Of a DNA stretch of 64,000 nucleotides, positions 12,909-24,500 are shown in pieces. The translations under genes were made by a program, and so were the position numbers. Position 1 is the stretch's first letter; the number at the start of each line of letters is the position of its first letter. The notes beneath the pieces are model-generated. The model was not told where the DNA came from, ran no database searches, and worked only from the letters and a program-made list of their open reading frames with translations. The stretch lies in assembly GCA_951406725.2 (NCBI GenBank), contig OX597817.1, positions 27,652,001 to 27,716,000 of the forward strand, in the 5' to 3' direction. The DNA comes from Octopus vulgaris (Eukaryota).

Positions 12909-12954
12909 CACACGGACCATGGTTTCAAGGTGTATTGCCTATCGTCAACGTGTG
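12909..12954 (-). ncRNA. Type I hammerhead ribozyme motif (C3U core)
   Basis: CACACG-UUGACGA-U-AGG caauaca CCU-U-GAAA-CCAUGG-UC-CGUGUG; GUC cleavage triplet. Confidence 0.75.
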
Positions 12955-13100
12955 GTAGGCCTCCGCTTCCTCGACGAAATCTTTTAGAGAATTATTATTG
13001 CTGTCGAACAGATTTTCGAAATCAGCAAATGTATTTTGCTTGAAAATCTATATATGAATATCCTGCAGAGTGAGATTTCGTCGAGGAAGCGGAGGCCTAC

Positions 13101-13146
13101 CACACGTTCACGATAGGCAATACACCTTGAAACCATGGTCCGTGTG
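13101..13146 (+). ncRNA. Type I hammerhead motif, G5C mutant copy
   Basis: cacacg ttcacga t agg caataca cct t gaaa ccatgg tc cgtgtg. Confidence 0.65.
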
Positions 13147-13488
13147 TGGTTTCCGCTTCATCGGGGAATCATCTCCTTTTGCAGGTTAAAGGACACCGTG
13201 ACGGTGTCGGGCCTATCTGGCGACGTCGATGTTTGCCTGGGGCTAAATGCAACAGTAACACCCCCACCACCCTGCCCTGTCCCTAGCCATATTCAGATGG
13301 CTTTAGTCCCTTATGTTATCGAGCAGTTACTGTCTATATCTCTTTTAGAGAATTATTATTGCTATATATATATAAATATACAAAAAATTCAGTGTGAATA
13401 CTTGATAATTGTAAGCACCTGTATATGCCATTTAGTGGTGTTTGTGATAGAGTATATTTATAAAAAAAAACACGATGCAAAGGATTTA

Positions 13489-13575
13489 GCGGTACATATG
13501 TTTCGGGCCTTTATTAGACGGTTTATATCAATACATAATTGATGTAAAATGTTGTCAATAGCCTTCTTCAGCCGC
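13489..13575 (-). ncRNA. Type I hammerhead ribozyme motif, canonical core, long stem II
   Basis: GCGG-CUGAAGA-A-GGC..~55 nt..GGCCC-GAAA-CAUAUG-UA-CCGC. Confidence 0.8.
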
Positions 13576-13713
13576 GTACAATTACTACTTCAAGGACATG
13601 TATTACATTATAAGTTTTACATTGAGGATGCAAATCCTCATAGTCGCTCTGTCGTACGTGACGATGAGGATTTGCAACTTATAATGTAATACATGTCGAA
13701 GTAGTAATTGTAC

Positions 13714-13801
13714 GCGGCTGAAGAAGGCTATTGACACACATTTTACATCAATTATGTATTGATATAAACCGTCTAATAAAGGTCCGAAACATATGTACCG
13801 C
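13714..13801 (+). ncRNA. Type I hammerhead ribozyme motif, canonical core, long stem II
   Basis: gcgg ctgaaga aggc...ggtcc gaaa catatg ta ccgc. Confidence 0.8.
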
Positions 13802-13850
13802 TAAATCCTTTGCATCATGTTTTTATTTTGATAAATAAATAAATAAATAA

Positions 13851-13898
<48 letters not shown>

Positions 13899-14032
13899 GT
13901 ATATACACACAGATACACAAGCATACATACATACTTATATATGGCTTGTCTGACTTCTATTCAGAAATAACAAAATGAAAATATATAAAATGTAACACAT
14001 TATATTTTGAAACAAAATTGCAAGGTATGTGT

Positions 14033-14423
14033 ACTCTCTTTACTCTTTTAATTCTTTCAGTCATTTGACTGTAGCCATGCTGGATCACCGCCTTTAGTCG
14101 ACCAAATCGACCCCAGAGCTTATTCTTTGTAAGCCTAGTACTTACTCTATCGGAGTCTTTTGCCGAACTGCTAAGTTACGGGGACGTAAACATACCAACA
14201 TCGGTTGTCAAGCGATGATGGAGGGACAAACGCAGACACACTAACACATACACATATATATATATATATATATATATGTGTATATATATATAAGTATATA
14301 TGTATATATATACGACAGGCTTCTTTCAGTTTCAGTCCACCAAATCCACTCACAAGGCTTTGGTCGGCCCGAGGCTATAGTAGAAGACATTTGCCCAAGG
14401 TGCCATGCAGCCACTCCTACGCC
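14033..14423 (-). mobile_element. SINE family A with a deletion in the head
   Basis: gtgccatgcag|ccactcctacgcc junction removes ~50 bp between two cag microhomologies. Confidence 0.88.
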
Positions 14424-14914
14424 ATTATTTCAAAATGTAGCATATATTTTGAAATGAAAAAATAGCAATATTTTATTTATTTTGTTTATTTATCCATATT
14501 TTTCATATTTGTAAGAAAACGAAATTAAACAAGAAAGACAGATAGTATGTAACGGAACAAGAGAAGGAAAAGCAGAGAGAGAATGGAACATATAAAGAGA
14601 GTAAGAGGCACACATGCAGAGAAAGCTTGTAAGATAGATTTCAGGTAAAAGTCTTGACTAAGTAACATAGCTATACAGAGAGAGAGAGAAGAAAGCAGAG
14701 CGATGAAGTGTAGGGTTATTAACATCTTTTCGTCTGTCCCTCCTATCGGCAGTTTCAAGAGGTCAGATGACAATTGTTATATGAAAGCAAGGAGGATTTA
14801 TAATTTAAGTACCGTTACAGATATTTTTAAACTTTATATAACGACAGAAATGTAGAATGTTTCCTTTGCAAATTTATAAAAAACATTACGATTTGTTTTT
14901 ATGCTTTCCACAGC

Positions 14915-14963
<49 letters not shown>

Positions 14964-15631
14964 AGCTCCAAATATGTTGATCTAATTTGGGAACAGTAAA
15001 CACTGTAGTCATCAAAACATTCTAAGTAGCAGATCTAATCTAAATAAATACATTAAACTGGAGTTTGACCAGATATCGCATTAGGCAGGTCACGTGGTGT
15101 CACATTTTCGGTTTAAATCATATTATCTTAATTATAGCTCTTTCTTCTGTTGCACTTTGCCAGGTAAATTATTTACTAAAACAATCTCGTTCCTGTTAAT
15201 ATTAGTATTCATACAATAGTGATATCAGGTAGAGACAGATATTCCAATCTCCATTTCTAGAACCGCGTAGTTAGACAAAATTTAGATGATACATTGCTAA
15301 CTATGAGCTGGAGAGAGAATTGTTAGCGACACAAGTGCTCTGTGTGCGAATGTGCAGCTATATCTGCTGCATAGATACGTGAGTATGCATAACTACTGTA
15401 CGTGCGTGTGTTAGCTGGCGTCATCATCTCATTGGTGGGAAGATAAGTGTGTGCTTGGATATGTGCGTCTGGTGCAAGTGTACGTATGGGTGTGTATAAG
15501 TTGTGTGCGTGTACGTGTATGCACATATAAGTATACCTTAGTATCGGCTGTGTTATGTACATGCGTGTGCATATGTGCGTATACGTGTACGTATCTGTGT
15601 ATGTGTGTAACAGTATGAGAGTATAAGTATA

Positions 15632-15905
15632 CGTTGTTCCTTCTTCTCGAGCCATGCCTGGCTCATAAGGGCCGGTTTCCCGGTTTCTTGGTGTATAGAT
15701 TCCCCACCTGGACGGGATGCCGGTCCGTCGCAGGTGAGCTGCAAGATGCAGGAGGAAGAGTGAGAGAAAGTTGTGGCGGAAGAGTCAGCAGAAGTTCGCC
15801 ATTACCTTCTGCCGGAGCCGCGTGGAACTTAGGTGTTTTCGCTCATAAACACACGCGATTCGAACCCGCGAGTCCGCTGCTCTAACCACTAGGCCATGTG
15901 CTTCC
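15632..15905 (-). mobile_element. SINE family B with tail type 3
   Basis: Head gagtccgctgctctaaccactaggccatgtgcttcc; body gagagaaagttgtggcg; tail ctcgagccatgcctggctcataagggccgg. Confidence 0.85.
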
Positions 15906-16149
15906 ACCACATAAGTATACGTCGGCACCTGTATGTGTGGGACATGTTAGGCACGCATGTATGAGTAGGTGTACGTATGAATACGTCTGGTTCGCGTGTA
16001 TATGCGTATCTCTGTATTGGTGTATAAACGTATGTACATTCACATCTTTAATTCAAACAATATGCTTTGATTATTCTGATTTTCTAAATTTTTCAACACG
16101 CAAAAAAGTTTCCAATGATCTGAATTCTAAGATGGGTTGATAGCAATTA

Positions 16150-16810
16150 CTTTAGAATGCGTCAAAATGAAAGTTGATTACATTTAGGCTCAGACATTGC
16201 AAAATATATTTATCGAACAAAAGAAAATATTTAGAAAGTAAAAGACATTGGCGTGGTTCTTGATACAGACTCGCCATCGCATCAACAAAGTACAGCTATA
16301 ATGGAATTAACATCCTTCTTGAAGTATTAAGAACTTTTACACTCATCAGCTCAAGTACATTTCTGACTTTGATATACTATGCTGAGGTCATACCTCGAAT
16401 ATGGTAACTTCATTTGGTGAATGCACTACTTCAGATATCAGATTTGTGTCTAGAAAATTCTAGAAATGTACAAGGAAAGCCATTAAATTGATAGCAGCTT
16501 GGAGAAGAGATCTATTATATATGGCTAGACTTATAAGTCTCAATTTGCCATCAATAGATCGCAGAAAGAGAGGGTGATATATTATAAGCCTAAAGATAAC
16601 AGAAAACATCGACTTCAACAGCGACAACATCGCGAAATTCCATCAATCATTAAGATGGAATCCATATAAATTATTCAACAAGCTTACAAGAAAGCAAGTA
16701 TTCTTCAGCCTGATGCAAACAAGATGAAATCGATTTCCAAAGATCTTCAAGTAGAAGACAATCAGCCAATTTCAGAATAGAATTCATGAATATTGGAAAA
16801 AATTAAAATT
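16150..16810 (+). mobile_element. Highly decayed CR1-group LINE, 3' fragment
   Basis: Frameshifted RSYLEYG, LE/VQGKPLKLI, RLISLNLPSIDRRKE..DII motifs. Confidence 0.6.
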
Positions 16811-17192
16811 CTAAACGATTTTTAATATGTAGAAAAGGGGTATTAAGAAGAGTATGAATTAATGGTGTTAGCCTTATTTGCTTATAAATCGTTAAAGAAC
16901 TGTAAACTAAATTCAAATACAAACTCATATACATAATTTTTTCCAGATCTGCCATTCTCCTTCAGAATCGATATTCAGTTGCTATGATACATAGATATAT
17001 ATATATTATGTATGCATGTATATTTAAATTATATATATTCATAACACATGGTTCAGTCGTGTAAAGAGCATTTAACACGTACATCATTTAAAGGTGTTCT
17101 CCGAAGAAAAACAGCTGCTATCAAGTATTGACTTTTGAATCGGCCAATACATCTAGTATTATGCGGATTTTCGCTGTATGCCATAAATTATT

Positions 17193-17855
17193 ATAGGTAG
17201 GCTCAAAAGTTCATAGGCTGACCAAAATAATCTCATGGAGTGTGACCAAATCAGCAGCAGATATGACGTAATCGTCAATGCGATACTGGTTCCCAGCCAA
17301 TAGGTCTTTTCCTGTTGGGGAACAAATAATAGTCAGATGAGACTAATCAAGAGGTGAGGGTTGGTGATCAGCCAATTCAAAGCCACAGTCACACGCAAAC
17401 AGACATTGAAACCAAGGACTTTTATCCTGATGAAACAAGAGCCCCTTTATCGGTTTTGCGGATCATTTGGTCTTCATAGGTTTTCGTAACTGCCTCAGCA
17501 AATTGACATAGTACTCTCCATTGATGATGTTGCTTTTCTGAAGATAGTCCACAAACACAATGCTTTTTACAGTCCCAAAACCTGAAGCCATCACTTTCCC
17601 TACAGATGAAAAGATCTTGACCTTATTTGGAGCAATAGATTATCTCTTTATCTCTTGCTCAAAGAGACGAAGCCAACACTCATTTTGGGTGAGAAAATGT
17701 TCAAGGAAACCAGCTGGATCTATCTCGAACAATGTCAGGTTTTTCCATTGATGCGGGGTGAAGCTGGTGAGCTTTTGGTCATGTGTCAGAAGATGCAGTA
17801 CCCACCGAACAGAAACCCTCGTCGTGCCAAGTTCATTGCGTAGAATATTCTCAAA
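17193..17855 (-). mobile_element. mariner transposase relic with one TIR
   Basis: ENILRNELGTTRVSVRWVLHLLT..QK (WVP motif), FLTQNECW (DETW), GKVMAS, DYLQK..INGEYY, LFHQD. Confidence 0.8.
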
Positions 17856-17859
17856 TTTA

Positions 17860-18228
17860 TTACGGGACGAGCAAAACGCCCCCCCCCCCCCGTCCAATGG
17901 ACGGTGCTGAGTTGTCAAACATTTAAACCAAATTTTCTCAAAACAACTTGTCCGACCGTCCCATAGGCCTCCCCTTTGAGAAACACTGATTTAACCTAAA
18001 TTTGATACACCAGCAAAAGAAGAAATAAAGATAGATTTTTTTCTATTCCAAAGAATGCTTTATCGATTGCATTCTCACCTGGAATCGATTTTTGTAATTT
18101 TTCAAAACGTATACACGCCTTGATACCGTCGGTATCTACATACCAAATTTGAGCGCAATTGGATGGAGGATGCCCGAGATCCTAGAAGACACAAACACAG
18201 ACAGACAGAAAGGATTTTATATAATAGA
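17860..18228 (-). mobile_element. Non-autonomous Helitron-like element, 5' part
   Basis: Minus-strand start A|TCTATTATATAAAATCC followed by (CTGT)n and ...ctcaaatttggtatg; 3' end not seen. Confidence 0.55.
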
Positions 18229-19480
18229 TATATACTCATAGCAGTTATCTCAATGTATAGACATTACATTTGTTGTTACCTAAACCGAGAAAATAATTTT
18301 AGTTCCGTTCTATTAAAACCCATTATGTAAGATAGTATTAGTATCATAAACAAACTTATACTATATATACAGATGAACTCCTCTTAATAGGACCACAGAA
18401 GATCCAATCCTTTCTAAAAATTACAATGAAATCAAAAGATTTTCTCTCAAGTTGTACGCAACATTTACTTTTCTTTTATGGGTGCAACACTTCTCAAAAT
18501 TGCACTTAGAGCTCAGGATTATGCATCGATGCTACCCCAAACCCATATCTCCAATATAAATCTAGTAGTGTGTTCAGTTATCCCAGGTTCTTTATAATCA
18601 TAAATTTTATTTGAAAGTTGGTCTACATTTGTATATAAATAATTGAGATAGTGTTTATAGATTATTTATATCGTATTTATAAATTTCGATTTAGTCATCA
18701 AATTATCGTTAAGGAAATTTCGAGTAAAATTTCTTTGTATGGTATTCAACAGGTATATTGGGAAATTAAAAAAAAACACAAACAACTTAGTCAAAATATT
18801 TAAAGAACATCAAAATACTTTACGTTAATACATTCTTCCCTCTCTTCCAAGTTTTAAAACGTATAAATGATGTTACAGGATCAACGAAACAGACTATGTA
18901 TAACATTTTCACAGCAAATATATCTTGTGCTTAATAAATGAAATAAATACTTTGTCTTTATAGTTGGGGCTTGAACACTATTTTTAACACTGAGTCTTAG
19001 CATCGCGAAGAAGAGATTAGTAGTCCTATATTGAATCGGACGTTGGCGCAAGTCCAAATAACAAGGTGAGCTATGCACTCAATTACTGCCTTGCGCACAA
19101 AAATTTGACGTCCACATTTTAAAGTTTCAATAAATTAGTTTCAATTTCTGATGAAGTCATGCATTTTCATTTATATTGTTACTTATCTTCGAGATGTAAT
19201 GAAGATCAGAACTTATATACCTATTCTTATATTAATACACGGATACGTCTTTTGCGACTATAATCACATAAATTATAATTGTTATCAGTTGTTATGAGTT
19301 GTTATAATCATAAATTCACTTTATTTTATTTTCTATCTTTTAAGTGTTTCAGTCATTAAAATGTGGCTACCAAATATTTTGACTAAGTTCCAATAACTTT
19401 AATCGAATATAACTGCAATCTCTGGTTTATAATTATTTGTTGATGCATGTTGAAATTTGTCAAATATAATAATTCTTTGT

Positions 19481-19668
19481 ATCATAGGTACAAGGCCTGA
19501 AATTATGGGGTGGATAGGCGCTAGCAGAGGACATCTTTTATCGTCGCCGAGAAGAATGAAAGGCAAAATCCACCTAAGCGGAATTTGAACTCAGAAAGTA
19601 AAGGCAGGTGAAATGTAGCTAAGAATTTTATTCGGCGTGCTAAGGATTCTGCCAGCTCGCTGCTTTGT
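19481..19668 (-). mobile_element. SINE family C, diverged
   Basis: atgaaaggcaaaatccacc...gaatttgaactcagaa...attctgccagctcgctgc. Confidence 0.7.
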
Positions 19669-19827
19669 CAAGCATAATGATACGTTCTTGAACGCATTCT
19701 CACTTTTCTTCGTGTATCTCATAATTATTATCGGCTGGAACACTTCAGCACACACCACCAATTAATTATTTGCTGATTTCTATATTTAAGGTCCTGTACT
19801 AATGTTAGGTCATCGGTCCGGGTTAGC

Positions 19828-19876
19828 TTTGACTGAAGAGACATACAATAAGTTTGAAACATCCCAGTGTCTCAGA
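19828..19876 (+). ncRNA. Possible type I hammerhead motif
   Basis: tttga ctgaaga gac..gtt t gaaa cat ccca gtg tc tcaga; stem II is weak. Confidence 0.45.
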
Positions 19877-20599
19877 ATCTCACTATAGAGGTAAATTGTG
19901 TGTGTTCGTAACACATTGGATTCTATTAAAATTGTTTAAATGGTTTCTACCTTGTGTTAAATTTTTTTCGTGATCACCAGTCTCCAATCAAAACAAATTG
20001 CTGATTAATTTCTAGGATTTGAAAAATTCGAGCACTATTTAGAATCATGTACATTAATAGTTATTCAGAGTCCCACACTTTTCCTGACATAATGTCATTC
20101 CTGCGACATTAATAATTCCAATTCTGTAAGTCACGCTAGAAGCATCGCACATACCAAGCAAAGATAAACATTTATCATTACATATTGAAAGTCTAATCGA
20201 TGAAAAAAATGCATCCCTTCATAGTGTAATATAAAATATCTAATATCCCTTTTAATATTCATGAGTTATTCATTATGTAATTCAATCAAACATTATAAAC
20301 TGAATGCTCCTTCAGTTGTGTGTAAATTTGTTTGGAAAGTTAGTTAAACATAACTGATCAGCTTTTATTTTATTGGTTTCAGTCATTAGTTAGCAGTCAG
20401 TGCCTATTTAAAATAGCTACTTATTTTTTGTCAAATCGCTCATTTATATTATTCACATGAACCAACGCAACTCAAAGTCCCAGATAACACCATCGCATGG
20501 TATAAGTAGAAACAGAGACATATATGCATATTTGCATGCATGTATATATGACCAAATGCACACACACTCACACACATATATGTGTGTGTGCTTTTTTGA

Positions 20600-21340
20600 C
20601 TTCAATGGTAATATATGAAAACGATTATCTGGAACTGTGATTGTGACAGAAATCGCTCCGGCTTACGCCAATCTAATTGTGGTATACATGGAGGCCCAGA
20701 TATATAAACAATCTAAATTAAAATATGGCTTAGAATTCTACAAACGATACTTAGATGACTGCTTGATTCTGTGGACGCAAACATCTGAACGACTTATGGA
20801 TTTCAAAAACCTAATAAACAGCATAAACAATAGTATCATCTTCGCCATAGTATACATGAAAACTCAACTAACTTTCCCACACATCAGATTTTTAAAAAAA
20901 ACATTGAAACAGACATTCACTACAACCAAACAGATTCTAAAGAATATTTACTGTTCTCCTCATGCCATCCCATGAAAACGAAGGATGATACACCATTTAA
21001 TCTATCAAGAAGCATCTGCGCAACTGTCTCAATCTCTGAGACTCGCAATAAAAACTCCTCCAGGAACTTAAAAAATACTACTTATACTACAATATTCATT
21101 AATATTGATAGACGACTGAAGAAAACGCGCGAAAGCAATAGATATTCGAAACCTACGAAAAACCTTCCAGATACATCCTATACCCGACCCTTAATTACAA
21201 CACACAGGAATTTACAACATTATCCACCAGAACATTCCACTACGAGGACAAGACCCAAGAATGAAAGAAGTGTTCGAAATACACAAAATAATCAAAAGCA
21301 AAAGACAATCAAAACCTTTCAAAACATTCCACAGCAGCGC
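20600..21340 (+). mobile_element. Penelope-like element, reverse transcriptase relic
   Basis: APAYANL..YME, YKRYLDDCLILW, TDIHY...DS, HAIP / PFNLSRSICATVS. Confidence 0.85.
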
Positions 21341-24300
21341 GAAATTGCCTTACATAATTCCTACAGTGCTGTTTCTCCTATTTTGGTTTTCTTGTTTACT
21401 CTTGTAGATATAAGTTCTTAAACAATGATAAAGAAATTTCATTAATCGTTAATTGATTGGTCTTTTACACTGTTAGAAATTGTCGATTATTATTGAGTAT
21501 ATGCATCCTGCAATTTAGGAGTTACACACTGTTTAATATGATTTTACAACACTTTCTAAATCTATAATGCCTCTGTGAAATTGAACTTGAATTGTTTTTA
21601 CCTTGTTTCGAAATCGTAGCTTCACTGCCAGTATCTAATCAGAATAAATTATTCATAGCTGTTGCTGCTGTGCTCACGTTTATAGCTCTGCATCTAGTGC
21701 AACTTATTCGAGTGCTAATAGTAGATAACTTAATGGAAAACTTCGATTAAGAGATGAGAATTAATATTGCCTGTTTTTACACGGTAGAGAAAACATACAG
21801 AACAAAGCACTCCATTATCTATGAAGCCGATTACTGGTGTTTTCTATGTATTTGCTACAATTGAAAATCCTCCGGTGTGCACGAGTTTTTGTGTAGCACA
21901 AATCAGTTGTAGGCAGAATTATTCCAATCCAACTGCATTACACCATTGCATTCTTTTTCATTTCAAACGACTGATTCGTAAGCTTCTAATAGATATTTAC
22001 TAAAATGTATAAAGTATTTTTTAAAACATGTTTGTTCTTCCATCTGTCACTTTTCCGGAAACTGGTTCGTTGAAGTCACTTGAGAGATAGTCCTAACACA
22101 ATCGACTGTTAGTTTATCCAGCTTTCGTCTTGCCATCCTTTGATTTGCACACAAGGTATCAGTAAAGCCATGTCAGTTAATAGAGTAAAATTGCTATTTT
22201 CTTATGCCGAAACATAATAGTAAATATTGGGAAAGAGAAATGTCAGTCATCCGTTTAAAACGCGTGGCACTGGTTTCAATAGAAATCAACTATTTAGTGC
22301 CTTTATTTCATACTAACACAGTTTTATATGCATCACCACATTGCAACACGACAACCCAACAACAAAAATATGTACCTTTCCTCTTCAACATGACTTTGTG
22401 GCTCACTAAACAACACTTTATCAATGTAATCAATAAAGTCACTTTCTACTCTGGATTTTTGTACAAATGAATTTCCATATTACATTAACATGGCCAACAC
22501 GCTAAACATTTAACTGAGAGATCATTGTGTCCAGTTTCTGTATAGTAAGCATGAAGCTAGATTCAGTATTAAATTTGGAGCGGTTTTTAGATGTGTATTG
22601 ATTATACGAAATAGAAGAGGGACCGAGAAATATGAAAACGTTTTAATACTGAGTATAAAAACGTGATCATAAAGTGCTCTTTTAAACATTTCCTTACAGC
22701 TAACTTAAAAGACAATAGAATCTGTAAAAACAAGTAAAATAAAACTTATGATATCATGGATTAAGGTACAATTGTTTTCACTACTTTTATTTTAGGTTCT
22801 CATACACATGAAATAAATATATTTAATAAGCCAGTGTCTTTTACTTTTCACGTTAATTTTACAAAATCGAAAACTATAACTATTGATGTTTCAAAAGGTT
22901 TCATAGTGTGAGGATTTTATTTGTTTGAAAAGCATTGAATATGAAAAGAAACGAATGCTATGTCTTAAATGCCGGAAATATAACAGCATTGTTAATTTCA
23001 CAGCGTTACTTACAAGTGTGTGTTCTAGGTTTGTGTTGCAAAATGGGAAAGCTGAAAGCAGAGTAGGTACATTTATTATATTTCCTGCTGGCGGCGGTGG
23101 AGTGAATACTACATGTAATAGATTATAATTTGCTTAATAGAGAAAGAAGAGTAACATATAGTAGAAAATATTGGAGAATCTCAAATAGAAGGGGAAATAA
23201 CTCCACCAACTATAGACTTAATTTCACTAGTTTTTTTATGTCTAGGAAATAAACTCTCATCTTTGTAAGAAGGCAAGATGGGAGATACTGGAAAATATTG
23301 CTTATGTTAGACATCATCAGTAAAACACGGACCTTTCAAGCTTGCATTCATTAGCGCTCACAATATCACAAACTGAAAACAAGTCTTAAAAAATGTTAAC
23401 CTCAATAATTTGCATAACTGCGAAAAGCAAATTAAGGGAGATATCTGAAATGGATAGACGACATGAGAAATTCATTTAGATCGTGATGTACTGAATAACG
23501 TATCCAAATTAATTTCAATTCATTGAAATTACCTCTTACTTGCAACTAGATAACAAATTTCATCTCTATTTCATCTCTATTTCCAGAAAATATTTCAGCT
23601 TTTCATTAAAATTCCACACTGTCGTTTTGATTTCTTTCGTGTAGAGGCAAGTTGTAATTTAATTTCAAAAAATTTCCATAAGTCGTGCACTTCTTCAGTA
23701 CCTACACAGAATATCTACATTCATGGAATTCAACCATTCTAACTATTTTCCTTGAATAAATGTTTCTTAAAAGTTCTGAGTGTATGTATGGACGTACTGT
23801 TTTATTATTTTTTATCGGTAATACTATACAAAATTGACCCAAGTTCGATAATTGCATACATTGCATATATCAGACGTATTTTCAACAGAAAGAACATTTA
23901 TTATATCAAGTAAATTATAATCCTTTCTGGATTGTTCGATTAAAATCATAGTGATGGAAATCCACATGAAAATAAAAAATTTCAAATAATCTCCGCCATA
24001 AAAAGGGAGTAAATTTACAGAAAAGAAAATGCAAACACGCACACGGAGACATATATAGACACCGATCGACACCAGGGTACATACACACACATACACACAC
24101 ACACACATTCACAGATTTGTGTGTGTGTGCGAGGGCAGCAGCGTGTGTCCGTATTTCACTTTCTCTTCAGTTTATCGTCTGTTTAAATTCTAGATTTTCT
24201 TAAATTTCACATTTAAAGTGACGCTCCAACAATGATTTTAGAAAGAATCGTAGTTCATGCTAAAAAGAAAAAAAAACACGTTCTCTCGGTTGTTTGTCAA

Positions 24301-24449
24301 GTTGATAAGTGACACTTTAAATTATCAACCCTTGGGTCCCGTGTCAAACTAACTATCTGCTATTCTTTATAGTTGTATGTAATGAGCTTCGAGAAGCACT
24401 ATTTCACACCAAATATTACCTTAAAAGCTTTAAAAAGTGCTTATGACAT

Positions 24450-24500
<51 letters not shown>

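Larger units (their letters stand above)
12736..13363 (+). mobile_element. Retrozyme-like element: 361-nt unit (12980-13363 including the 23-bp direct repeat) plus inverted 5' duplication (12736-12982)
   Basis: Direct repeat tcttttagagaattattattgct at 12980 and 13341; inverted arms 12736-12982 and 13073-13319; (TA)n on both flanks; contains a hammerhead. Confidence 0.75.
13380..13824. mobile_element. Penelope-like terminal fragment forming a head-to-head palindrome
   Basis: Arms ~13466-13647 and ~13658-13824; (TA)n on both sides; a hammerhead in each arm. Confidence 0.75.

Noticed and set aside
12693-13542. Duplicated MVRVWFPLHRG ORFs on opposite strands
   Set aside because: By-product of the palindrome; the ATG lies in hammerhead stem III.
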